A DNA stretch of 64,000 nucleotides from positions 649,123-713,122 of the forward strand of contig CM082586.2 in NCBI GenBank assembly GCA_040954595.2. Reading direction: 5' to 3'. Below the pieces are notes generated by a model, which was not told the origin of the DNA, ran no database searches, and saw only the letters and a program-made list of their open reading frames with translations. Positions 37,517-50,300 of the stretch are shown piece by piece; positions within the stretch are counted from its first letter, which is position 1, and the number at the start of each line of letters is the position of its first letter. A program made the translations under genes and the position numbers. Origin of the DNA: Balanoglossus misakiensis. Taxonomy: Eukaryota; Animalia; Hemichordata.

Positions 37517-38208
37517 TAAAAAATTATTATAGCATTCTACTGACTTTTTTAATATTTGCTTATTTGGTAGTAGGGATGGTGACAGTGATGATAATACATG
37601 ACACCAAAGTCACATATATGTATGTGTATGGAAATTACTGGAAATAGTCTTACAATCACCTACTGAATTACAGCATGCTGTTGCAATATCAGAAAATATG
37701 TATTGGTATATTGTAAAGAATTGTAACCATAGAGAGGGAATTTATATCAACAGCCAACAAGTACCGGTAATATGCAGGTAGAAAAAAGTGAGTCACCCAT
37801 GATCTGTTAGGTTCTTTTTCCACAAATTGTGTTGGTAGATGGTGGGTTCTGTAATTAACCACAATATCACAACAATTAAGTTTGATGAAATAAATTTCCT
37901 AATAATAACATTCACTGTACTTTGTGTATTAGTGCATTGTCCATACCTTGGTCTCTCAACCTCTCTAGCAGAACTGGCCGAACTACCTTGTCGATAGGCG
38001 CAAACCCACGTGAGTAGGTCTAGACCTTTACAATTATCGTACCAACTTTTAAAATTTTATTACTTTTATGTAGTTCAGTTTATGAAGGTTCATTTCAAGA
38101 GAAGATGAGCGCCCGAAACCTTTCAACGAGTCTAGCCAGGCGTAAAAACAACTGAATGAATTTTCATGCCTGTGAGGGCGTAATTTGCTACGTCTGCTTG
38201 TCAACAAA

Positions 38209-40074
38209 ATGGCCGCCGGTGTTGCTGTAGTTTATAAACAGATATTACTGAATCTGTTACGGCGTTTTCGACATAGCTACAGCACCGCAGCAGTAAGTGA
38301 TTGAAAAGTTAACATGGCTGGGTTTCCTCTCGATTCTTTCAGATCTATCTAAACCTCACCTAATCGTTGTTCTGGTTACTTTCAGGCCGCCGGTTCACTA
38401 CCCAGTTATGTAAAAATTGTTGAAGTTGGACCGAGGGATGGGCTCCAGAATGAAAAGGTAAAGTATGTCAACCAAAAGATGTATATTATTACTGAACTGC
38501 TACAGCGTCAGTTTAAAATCTTAAAGTCTGTATATTCCTGTTTCTAGGAAGTAGTGCCTACCAATGTCAAGGTCGAGCTCATTAACAGGCTATCAGAAAG
38601 CGGCCTGTCTGTTGTGGAGGCAACCAGTTTTGTTTCTCCAAAGTGGGTACCACAGGTAGGTTGACCTTTGACCTATTCAAGGTTCAGGGAGGGAGGGAGG
38701 GTGGATTGACGTTTCTTTCACAACTTGCAGCGGCTGTGATGAAATCATGAAATAATTATCATCACCAAACTTTACACTTTTTCAGATGGCAGACAACAAA
38801 GATGTGATGTTAGGAATACGAAAACATCCCCATGTCAATTATCCAGTTTTGACGCCAAACGTAAAAGGTTTTCAAGATGCTGTAGAAGCTGGCGCGAAAG
38901 AAGTGGCCATATTTGGTGCTGCATCAGAAACATTTAGTTTGTATGTGACCATATTTGGTAATGCATCACAATCTCTGAGTTGATAGTATTAAAGAGATTC
39001 ATATTAACCTAGAGGTTGACTTTGTCTTCACAGAAAAAATATTAACTGTCGTATAGATGAAAGTCTGCAAAGGTTTGAAGGTGTTATGAAAGCTGCCAAG
39101 ACTGCGAATATTCCTGTCAGAGGGTAAGTCAAGTAAATGTGTGAGAATGAGCTGTCCTGTGAATACTGCTTAAACTTTGCAAGATAACCAAGCTACTTAA
39201 ATTTTATTTTTTAAAACAGCTACATATCTTGTGTGGTTGGGTGTCCATATGAAGGAAACATCGCCCCCAAGGCTGTGGCTGAGGTGAGAATACTGCTTGT
39301 CGTGTCAGCATCAATAATTTGCAACTTTACTCTAGATGAATTTCAACATTCTGTGTTTGGATTCTCTATGTTATGTATGTCTATTCATCATTCTCTGTTT
39401 CATCATTCAGGTTGCCAAGAAGATGTACACCATGGGTTGTTATGAGATATCTCTTGGGGACACTATAGGAGTGGGGACCCCTGGCTCAATGAAAGCCATG
39501 TTGGAAGCAGTCTTGAAAGAAATTCCCATCAACAAATTGGCCGTGCATTGCCATGACACTTATGGCCAGGCTCTTGCTAATATACTCACTGCTTTACAGG
39601 TAAGTCAATGCTCTCAGTTCTGGAGAAGTTACCTTGCTCAGAGATACCAGACTGATAAAAATGTGTATTTCATTGGCAGATACATTTGATTTATTCACAT
39701 TCTTCACTTTGTGTTGATACCATTTCAGATGGGGATTGCTATAGTCGACTCTTCAGTGGCCGGTTTAGGCGGATGTCCGTATGCAAAAGGTGCAAGTGGT
39801 AACGTCGCAACAGAGGATGTTGTCTACATGCTTAATGGACTTGGCATTGAAACGGTATGTACAACATCATACTACTTTTTTTCATTTTTGTTGTTCATTT
39901 ATCAACTTCATTTCCTTCTTCTCTTCCCTACATTTATTTGTTTTGACTTTTTCTTTTACACAGGGTGTTGATTTAGGGAAAATCATAACAACAGCAGATT
40001 TCATCTCCAAATATCTTGGAAAGAAACCTGCATCCAAAGTGGCCTTAGCGATGCTTGCAAAGAGTAAACTTTAA
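38209..40074 (+). CDS. HMGCL: Hydroxymethylglutaryl-CoA lyase with mitochondrial presequence and C-terminal SKL, multi-exon
   Basis: [77 protein letters not shown], ends AKSKL*. Confidence 0.96.
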
Positions 40075-40554
40075 GGTCACATGGTCTCTGAACTCAGGAT
40101 CTGTGATTGGTCAATTCAAACATTCACCCTGACCATGTGATGGACAGTTTGTATTTCAAACAGATGTGAACTCCACAATCTTTGGTGAAGTCTGACTAAG
40201 ACAGTGGAAAGGAAGAACTATCCTGTATTTATCTGGTGTAAATGATAATGGTGATGCGAATCATGCACTTTGCAAACAAAAACTGACAATGGCAACATTA
40301 AATAAATGTCTTCATGTAATGAAGATCAGGTTGATACCATGGCAACAACTTGTTTAACTTGTTGCAGCATTATACATTGTACAACATTATTAAGTTTCTT
40401 TGGTACTGTAGCAGGAATAAATGCCAAATGATTTTGGCTGTGTGCATTTTTAATCACTTTGTAAAAGAGTCATTTTTTTAAGCACTCAAAACGCAAGTTA
40501 TTCACACCTAACGAACAAATCCATAAACACGGAGCGATGTATATATCCTCCCGT

Positions 40555-40723
40555 TTCGTGTGACGTCATCGTTTTCTGGCATACATGTGACATGAACTGA
40601 ACCCGGAAGTGTATGAATATAGCTCAGCTGTACAGTGCAGTCGACACCACTCAGTCAAGCAGCGTTCTCAGCGGCGCGGCAGATATAATTGCGCATTGGT
40701 AACGTCAATGTATACATTTAAAG
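40555..40723 (+). promoter_or_regulatory. OSBPL1A promoter and non-coding first exon
   Basis: CRE TGACGTCA 40561-40568, ETS CCGGAAGT 40603-40610, CpG-rich, donor AAG|GTAAGT after 40723. Confidence 0.6.
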
Positions 40724-41372
40724 GTAAGTGTGTTGATAATTTCTCTTTTTATGTCACGAACTTTGGTTTTATTTCACAAACTTCGTGATATCTTTCTCCG
40801 ACACGCGCGTAAGCCAGGTACAAGGTGCGCTTCAAGGATATGATATATGACCTGCGAGGCGCAGTCACATGGTGTCTGGCTTAATTTACCAAGTTTGAAT
40901 TTGTTTTGTACCTTTACCCTTGACACCGGTACGTTGGCAACTGTCGATGAAGTTGATAGCAGTTATATAGTGAGACCCTAAATTCTGCTAACAACGAGTT
41001 TTACTGGCGCCTTCTGAGTTAAGAGACTTTTTAAAGATGTCCTCACTTGACCTCAGTGCATTATGTCACCGTGACCCTCAAAGCACAGCCCCCAACAGTT
41101 AATCTATCCTATGAATTTGCCACGTCTTTACAGTCCCCAACAAGAAAATACAACACTTTGAAATGTAATACAACTAAATCAATGTCAATAACAACAATTA
41201 TTCATATCTAGCCAATTTGAACAGTGTGATCTGGGTAATAGAGTAATTAATCCTTGTCCAATTTGTATATTGGTCATTCATTTAGTCAACTTTCACAATT
41301 TTTGCAGGGATTTTTTTTATTGTCACCTGTGAGATCCTTTGATGATGACTTCTTCAGCTATGGTTTGTCAAC

Positions 41373-44300
41373 ATGAATGATTACGAAGAAAAACTGCTGT
41401 ACTTTGCCAGAAATGGCCAAGAGCAGGAAGTGAAAGAACTTCTTGAAAAGAGAGATCTTGGATTTGGAGAAATTGACATCAACTGCAAAGGTGAGAGTGT
41501 CTTCTTGGATCTATTAATCATTTTCACTCTGTTTATTTTTGTAGAGGTCCAACTTTAACCCTTTCACCCCCATTTCCCACTATAGAGGTCCACCTCTACC
41601 ATAGAAAACAATGGGTTTGGACTGAACCATGTTGGTCAAAGGGTGAATGATAACATTTTATCTATCTTTCAGGACGTTCAAAGGCCAACAATGGTTGGAC
41701 ACCATTACACCTGGCCTGTTACTTTGGACATAAAGATGTTGTTGAAATGCTTCTAAAGTATGGAGCAGATGTGAATATAGTCAATCAGGTCGGTGATACA
41801 CCTCTCCACAGGGCTGCATATACTGCAAGAACGGTAAGTTTGTACCTTCTACATTAACTTTGTTGTGGTCTTGCTGTGGGTGATATTACCAGAGTTCTTT
41901 ACTTTCAATTCCTGTTTCATATTCTTGTTTCCAGGAGATGGTATTTACTTTTGATAAATGTTTGCTTTTGCTTTCAGGAAGTGGTTTTACTCTTGATCCA
42001 ATATGATGCAGACGTCACGATTATCAATGGAGAGGGCCACACTCCTAAACATGTCACTCATTCACCAGAGGTCAAAAGGTTATTGGATGGTAAGTCAAAG
42101 GTCATTCAGGGCATCGGACTTCCAGTTTCAGAACCAGAACCAGCCTTTATCCATTTACCTTTAATGAAAATGTTTTTCTTTTCCACAGCGGCTGAACAAT
42201 CACAGCAAAGACAAATGGAGGAATTTTTACTCAGTGCTGCCAGAGAGGGAGATGTTGAGTCACTAGTTGCTGTGGTAAATATGAACTTTAGCATTACTCT
42301 CAAACATTGAACTTCGGTAGACATCTATGATGTGTCAGCATTGTATACCGCTTCAATAGTCATAACTTTTCCTTGTTTATTTTCCAATTCAATTTCAAAA
42401 ACATGACAAAAGTTCAAATAAACAAAGGCAAAGGCTTTTAATTGACATAAAATTTGTTTCAGTTGAAGAGCAGCAACCCACCAAATATAAATTGCACAGA
42501 TCGGAATGGCAACACTCCATTACACAATGCTGCTTATAGAGGACAGACAGAGATTGCAGTAATACTTCTACAGAATGGCGTTGATCCAGCGTTGAGGAAC
42601 AAACGTGATCAATCAGCTTTGGATCTGGCGAGGACACAACAGATGAAACAGTTACTGGATGTGAAACCAGTCAAAGAAATCTTAAAAGATGTCACCAGAT
42701 TTGAAGGTAGTCTCATGAAAAGGACTCGACTGTTTGGTTGGAAATCACACTGGGTTCAATTAGACAAGGGAGTCTTATCTATTTTTAAATACAGGTGAGT
42801 TACACGGTTTTTGGACGGGATACTTTGGATTTTTGAATAATTTTTGAAACAGTTGCAAAATGGTATTTCATGGCATGAATTATAAACAACTTTATAAACA
42901 GTGTTTTTATTTTATTTTCAGAGCTGATGCAGCATCTGGAGTGAAGAGACAAGGTTATAAATATTTGGCACTTGCTCAAGTCACGGTATGTAGACAGACT
43001 TGTACTCTGTGTAAAGTTTGTCTTATTTGCAGGCAAGATACTGTAAAACGGGGAAATTTTTGTGATGTCAAAAGCAGCAACTGTTACACAACGATTAATT
43101 TACACGTTCTCATATTTTAAATTGCAGCCCAAGGCAGACAATGAATTTATTTTTAGTCTTCGTTATTCCGACAACACAGTACATAACTGGAGTGTCTATC
43201 CTACAGACTCTTCACAAGTCAATAGACAGGTAAGTGTTGGGTGACCTGTCTCAGTTCTAGACACATTGCCTGCTAGGTCTGACAGACAGACAGACAGACA
43301 GAACAGAGAGAGAGACAGACAGACAGGCAGAACAGAGAGAGAGAGAGAGAGACAAACAGAGAGAGATAAAGAGAGAGAGAGACAGACAGACAGAATAGAC
43401 AGTCAGACAGAACAATAGGTGCAGTCTGTGGCAAACCTATAAAATGTGACAATTTTTCTCCCCACAGAAATGGATGAATGCCATCCAGAGTCATATAGAG
43501 TACAGTAATCATTACACAGCAGCACAATCATTTGTTGATGAAGATGAAGATATTGAAGAATTAGTGCCTTTAGGATCTATGCAAGACGCTGTACAGACAG
43601 CACAAGCACATCAGCAAGTACTCGACAGACAGGTGGCCAGTGTGACGGCTTTCTTGGATAGTGTCATTGATGAAAGAAATGCTGCAAAACTTAGTAAGCA
43701 AAACGATTCTTGACTCTCCCATACCATATGGAATTTATGTTTATTTAACAAACATACAAATGTGTGATATGTATATATGTGATATACATGTACACTCTTG
43801 AAGTTAAAATCATTTCAGATTCAGATTCTTAAGGATATTACAACCTCAAGTATCTGAACTCCTGTTTTATTGATTACAGGTGGGTACTCCCTGTTAAACG
43901 TCAAACCTAAATTATTGCAAGTTGTGGACAGTTCCAAAGAGATGCAGAATTCACTGTCTCATTGTCTGACACTCATGATGCAACAGGAAGAGGTAATTAG
44001 ACAAATTTGATTGATGTATTTTCTATAATTGTATTAAAGTTGTTAGGGTGTGGCAATTAACCAGCACCCAACCGTTACATTGCAATTTACTACTCAAATC
44101 CTTCACTCAAATTAAATTAATAGAAAATGTTTTACAAATGCTCTTTCCACAAGTTTTGTGTTAAGAAAGAAATGATTAAAAGATTATGTGACACACATAC
44201 ACAAACATACATACACACACAGCTTTGTGCTGGTGAACTTTGATCCGGAAGTAATTATTAAAGCAACTGCTTAGGGGGTCAATGCGCTGTACTACGTTTC

Positions 44301-47300
44301 TATCAATGTCGTGTAGACTGCGAGCCAACCTTACTGACGTGGAATCTTGGTGACTCGTGGACGATTTCTGCCACGGATTTTTATCACCTTCTCGTCGACG
44401 AGTGGTCTTCTAAGGATACTTGACATTTTCTTCTGTTCGCTCTTTAAAACGAAGGTAATTATGGCCATTTAATTGTCGATGAAAACCGTAAGTTTTGGGC
44501 GTTTGCGAACACTTTCCCTATGCGCTGTATATGTAGCGTTATGTCCGTTTCACCTCATTAAGTTGAACTCTCCCGATGGTGCAATGAACATAGCGTGGAA
44601 TCGATTCTTATGACACCACGTAGGATGTCATTTTCCAGAATTTGTCAATTCATATTCCATATTTGTTGGGTTTTGTGTAATAACTATTGAATAAGCGAAA
44701 AAAAAAAAAAAAAACGGAGACAAGTGGGAGGCCGAGCTCCGGATGCGAGACCGCGGATGTGCGAGTGATGTGTGAATGTCGAGTTCTCTTTTGTTGAAAT
44801 CAAACATGATGTAATGTACATCTGTGTGTCCTGTCTGCCTTCTTGGTGCCCCCGAGATAATATTTACATTCCTTCAAGTCAGATTATATTAGCCTTAGAC
44901 TCCAGTAGATGGGTTTGTTTCGATCGAATGAGGTAATTCTGGTGGTAGGTCGATTCTTATGCGCGACTGATTTCGTTGATGACGTTGCACTTTGCGGTGA
45001 CTATTGTAAAAACCCAGTAAGAGAAACTTGCTCATGGCCAGCTTTAGGCGAGCGATAAATGCCGATGATTCACTGTTGATGACGTGAATATTGCTTGATT
45101 TGATGAGGAAAGAAGTTAGGCTTCACCCAGATATTAACCCTTGACCCCAAGCAGCTGCTGTGTAATCAAAAAGCTTTGCGAAATCAAGTTAAATTGAAAC
45201 CAAATACAATATCAATAATCATGAGTAGACCTGAAACCGTGTACTAATTTTGGAATTAGTTTTACAAATCCCCATTAAATATTCACTGTTCACCTGCAAA
45301 CTACTGACTTCATAGAAGACAGTCCAGATCTTAAAAGCAAGAATTGTCTACTCTTTGTCATGTCGATAACAGTATTGATTTTTACAAGTGGCCTGCTATT
45401 ATCAAGGTTAGAAAAGTTACGCATGTTTCTGAGATAATCTGGAGTGAGCATTGTCTAATTTTTATGTGCATGTTTGGTGGGAAAGTACTTCACACTTGGG
45501 TCAGCTGTGTAGTATGAACATTTCAATATTAGCTCTGATCTCTGTTATGTTTATGAGACCTGCCCTTGTCAGTAGTATGTCTGAATTTACATTAACTAAT
45601 ATGTCCTTGACACAATAAAAGCTATCGAGTTCCAAGCTATCCTACTCAAATGTTACTGGTACAACCCCAACCCCAGCATAATCATAATACTATACTATGA
45701 TCATCATGAAAAGTTTGTTAACCTGTCCTATGACGCCAGTGGTATAATACTATCATCTATCTGTGAATTTATCTCATGTAATTAAATTCATGTGCAAGGG
45801 CCATACTATCCCCTCTCTGCAAGTAGCCATCTATACCAATTCAGCTGCAAGGGCCAGCAGAAAATAAAGCTTATTTTGAGGACAAGGATTGATAATAATC
45901 CATGACATGTACATATTTCACCTGCCATTGTCCTTGTTAAATCCTTGTAATACATTAGGGTGCAATCATTGGATATAAATGTGAATCTAGGCAACAGCTT
46001 GAGCATTTATCAATGTGTGCCGGGGATCATGAATAATTTCGTTTCCTGGAACACTGCATCATTGTTATTCATAATAGAGTGTATTCAACTGGATGAAAAT
46101 CGTGCAACTCAAACTTGTGATCATAAAGTGATAATTCATCAAATGAGTGGTCATACATTTTTGTCCAGTAACCAGCAAGGGAATGTTGTCATAGCAACAG
46201 TGAGCCTATACAGGCAAATCACAAGTAAAACAGCCATGATCGTTTGACAAAATTATTATTATCTTAACATCTTTTTGACATTTTATGTCGGTACCCACTC
46301 TTTTATTTATGAATAACAATAAAACTCATTGTCATAACAATTGTATGATTATGTAAAATGGTCAATGATAAATTCCTGGGTCGAACAAGTTGCTCTGTAA
46401 TTCTAGTATGTTATTCATGTGAGGTCAGAGCGACATTGTCTCAGCTGGTGTCTGAAAATAGCTGTGTGACAGACATGAAGTGGTGATGAAGTATGGCTTG
46501 AAATAAATATTTTGGTCTGTAAGGAAACACATCTCTGACATGGTTTATCTGGGTCATGTCACATCATACGAGTGATGCATATGTACACTTTAAGCCTATG
46601 GAATTGCAAGAAGATATGTGGAACGTTTAATCCAGATTTTTTTACACAGGATCATTTTAGTTGTTTTGGGAGACTTTGCATCAATCGATTTCATGTACAT
46701 TTCAGTTTTTGTACTTTTTCTCTGTGGCAGCTGGGAAAAGATTGCCTGGCTGTCAGCTCATGTTTTGTGTAGAAATACATGTTCTGGTATGCTCCAGTTA
46801 TAGACCACTGTGGAATGGTGAGGTTATATTACCAATTAATTGTAATATTAGAGCAATATGTCTATTAATAGAGCTTTAATAAAATCCCATATGGTGTGAA
46901 TTCATTGCTGAAATCAGTACAAAATAACCAGATCATGCAAAGTATGCTTCAATCCCAAGAATGCTTCAAACAGCATTTAGCTAAATCACTTTCTGGAATT
47001 TTTTTCAAAATTAATGGCTTTGGATCTGTGGTGAAGTGCTGAAGAAGTGATTTTAGTTTCTTTGCAGAATCATAGACAGTAAATTTAGAGGAAGGATGAG
47101 GAATGGAATTCCCATGAAAACTGATATTTTCTAAGCCAGCAAATCTTTGCGGAGGATACCGATCAGGTCACGAAGTATTGCCAGCTGTAGGCTGTTGTCT
47201 GTAAACCCCAGAGTTTCCTACGTCACACATCATAGTCACGGTGACCATCACTCATGTGTTTAATCACCAAGTGAATTATTCATTTTCTCATTCTTTTGTC

Positions 47301-50300
47301 GTTCTGCATATCATGAAGAGTTCATTTCCTTCAAATGAAAACAGTAGGAGTTTAGTTAATCATTTTGCTGAGTGATTATGCAGTACTTGTGAGAAATTAT
47401 TTAAACAGCCATCCTTACTTACTATCAGTCCGACATTAGTGTTTCAACTTTGTCAACATGGCTGGTCTCAAAACACTTGTTTGTTTCCCAGTGCACGAAT
47501 CACTCAGTCGTTAAATGATGTCTTGACTGTTTATGTGTTCTCAGTAGCAGTAAAGTTTGTCGGGAGAAACATATTCAAGGTCACATTTGCATGCTGCTGA
47601 CAATACCACTGACAGATTCCAGAAATGTACGCAGAAACATACCCATGTCACGTCTGTGAAAGTTCATTTAAAAGCAGTGTTGCATCCTTTTATGTCCATT
47701 TCCATATTATTTTGACATATCTCTGTAACAGTATAATGACATTTAAGAGGTTACGTAAAATGGAGGCCAGCAGAGATTGTCATACGTTGAGTGCTTAAAT
47801 TCAATTATGTATTCGCAATGGAAAATGGTGCATTGTCACTATTGATGCATTATTTTTTTCTATCAGTTTATTTCCGACTCCTGCACCAGATCAATAATAC
47901 TCAATTAAGGGTTGCTTCTCTCTGATTTATGATGGATTTACACTGAAATCGAAAATACTGACCATAGTCCTTGATTGCTGTCTATGCTGGTAGGATGGGC
48001 CCTGCAGATGCCAAAGTAGCCTTGAGTTTACCATACATATCCAAGCCATCTTACAAACTGGCGTACAGAGACATTGTCTGTCGAATCTTTGAACTGGATT
48101 CAGACATACCAGCATTTCTGTTCATATTTGAAATATATTTGTTCCAAGAAAAAATCACACATGGTATCTTTTTATAAACATTTTTAATGAAAGGAAATCC
48201 GAATATTTTTTCTGAAGGGAAGTTATTCCAAAAATACAAGCAAGGTTCATTGCAAGAATATTTACTAGCGTCTGTTACTGAACACAAAAGGTCATTTTCT
48301 GTGATGTCTGCATTTAATGTGACTTCACAGTACCCATAAGCTGGTTTATTAGTCCCTACTGTACAGACCAAATTTGAAACATGATTGGGACAAGGAAAGA
48401 TCACACCATGGTTGAAAGGCTTAAGTTCATATTTGACTTTGGGTTTTGCTGGTACATCCTGTGTTATTAAATATTACTTAGTTCCTAAGACGACTGCTCC
48501 TTTTCCAAACAATTCTCAGTGCACACCTGAAATGCAAACTTTGAAAACAATGAGTTTGGACTGATCCATGGTGGTGAAAGGTTTAAATATTCAAAATTGC
48601 TGTCATGTTTTGGTTTCTTGGTGAAAAGAAATAATTCAAGGATTTAATATCATTTTCCTCAAAATCTGTCCGTAAGTATCAGGCTTTGCAATGGACATTT
48701 GGTGTAATACATCTGTACTGATCTGTCTTGATATTTGAAATAGTAGAACTGATAAGCTAGCAATGGACGACTGATATTAATATACAACTAGATGTTATGT
48801 AATCTAATTTTGAATGAATCAATATCCCGATCAGGATCTGTTGTAGTCACATCCTACATGAAATATCACAAAGTGTTTGTCAAATAGCCAGGAACACTCA
48901 TCTGTAAATATCCGTACCTTTTCCATACTTGGAACGGAAACGCAAATTAGGGTATAAAGCCAATCCCACTGGCAGGACCAAAGACAGGTGAGTCTGTAAG
49001 ATGTAATGGTTTTCTCAACAATACGGCATATTGCTGTTTCGTGATTATCACTGCCACAGCTGCCGTTGATGTGAATGGTGTGTCATTATACATGCAATGC
49101 ACAGGTATGCCATGTGAGGAGCTGGAAATCTCATAATGTGGTGCAGTGGTTGTCAAAATAAGAATTGCAAATTTTGTTGTTTTGTTGCTAGGAAGTATGG
49201 CCAATTCAGTAACCATCATTGAAACTGTAAATTGGAGCTGTGTAGATATTTTTCGTGTATGGATCAGTCTATATGATGATTTGTACATCAGTCTGTGGTA
49301 CATATGGAAATAGACATGACAATTGTGACTCCATCGTCTATGTTGAAGGCCTATCCAGTTTCCTTTTTTTCGATATTATCATGATAATATATTGCCTGGC
49401 CTTGTCAAGAGGATTTCGTGTAATCAGTACGGTTCTTTTCTGTGAATTACAATACCAGATTTAGGAATTCATAAGGGGAAAAAAATTTAATGTCAGATTA
49501 AGAGAAGTTAATATTTGTATTAAAGGGTGGAGTATGTATAGTATGCAAAACCCTATTGAACGTGTATATATTCAGGCTTAACCACGAGGGAGCCACAAAT
49601 ATTCTAAGGTCCTTTGTACATTCTAATAGGGTACCAGTATATGGTAGTAATAAACACGGCGAATGAATTGTATCTCAGTTTATGGCTAGAGTAAAATGTC
49701 TGTAAAAGTGAATAGATGGTAAATGCTTATGCTGATCTGAACGAAAGATGTCTTTGAATGGAGAAGACGAGACTCTAGCATTGGATATTCTTTGAAGAGA
49801 TTGGACAACAATGCATTGGAAAATCTGTTTGTGTAGTCTGATATTTTATAGCGTGTTTTCAGACTTTTGCGTTTTTGTGGAGTACGTGATAACTCAACAA
49901 ACAAGATGTCATGCTTTAGAACACCAAGATAAGCCAGAGGATGTGTTACTTTTAGTAAAGAAACGTTTTGAGTTGCATATTATTACTGAGATATCAATTT
50001 TTGACGACATGACTGTTGAAATATTACATTTCTATCAAGATTGGCCTAGATCTCATTCATGGTTTATTAAGTACATAAAATCATAGTCATTATGTAGTGT
50101 TCTATGCTTTCATTCTGACATTGAATGTATTGACAATCTCTAACCGAACATTCCTGACGATCAATACTCCATACATTAAGTGGTTGGGTATTGTGTGTAC
50201 TACAGAATAATTTATGTCAGGGATAATTAGTCTTTTGGTTCTTGTCCAAAAATGCTATCAAGCTGAATTTATTAATGTGAAAAACATTGAACATTTTATG

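Noticed and set aside
38716-38770. C-box-like GTGATGA in an HMGCL intron (possible C/D snoRNA)
   Set aside because: No D box CTGA with terminal stem inside the intron
43273-43527. 84-aa minus-strand ORF rich in L/S/C/V
   Set aside because: Translation of the GA/GACA microsatellite
45806-50086. ORFs up to 118 aa in the large OSBPL1A intron as a nested gene
   Set aside because: No domain similarity, intron-like composition, no coherent splice chain
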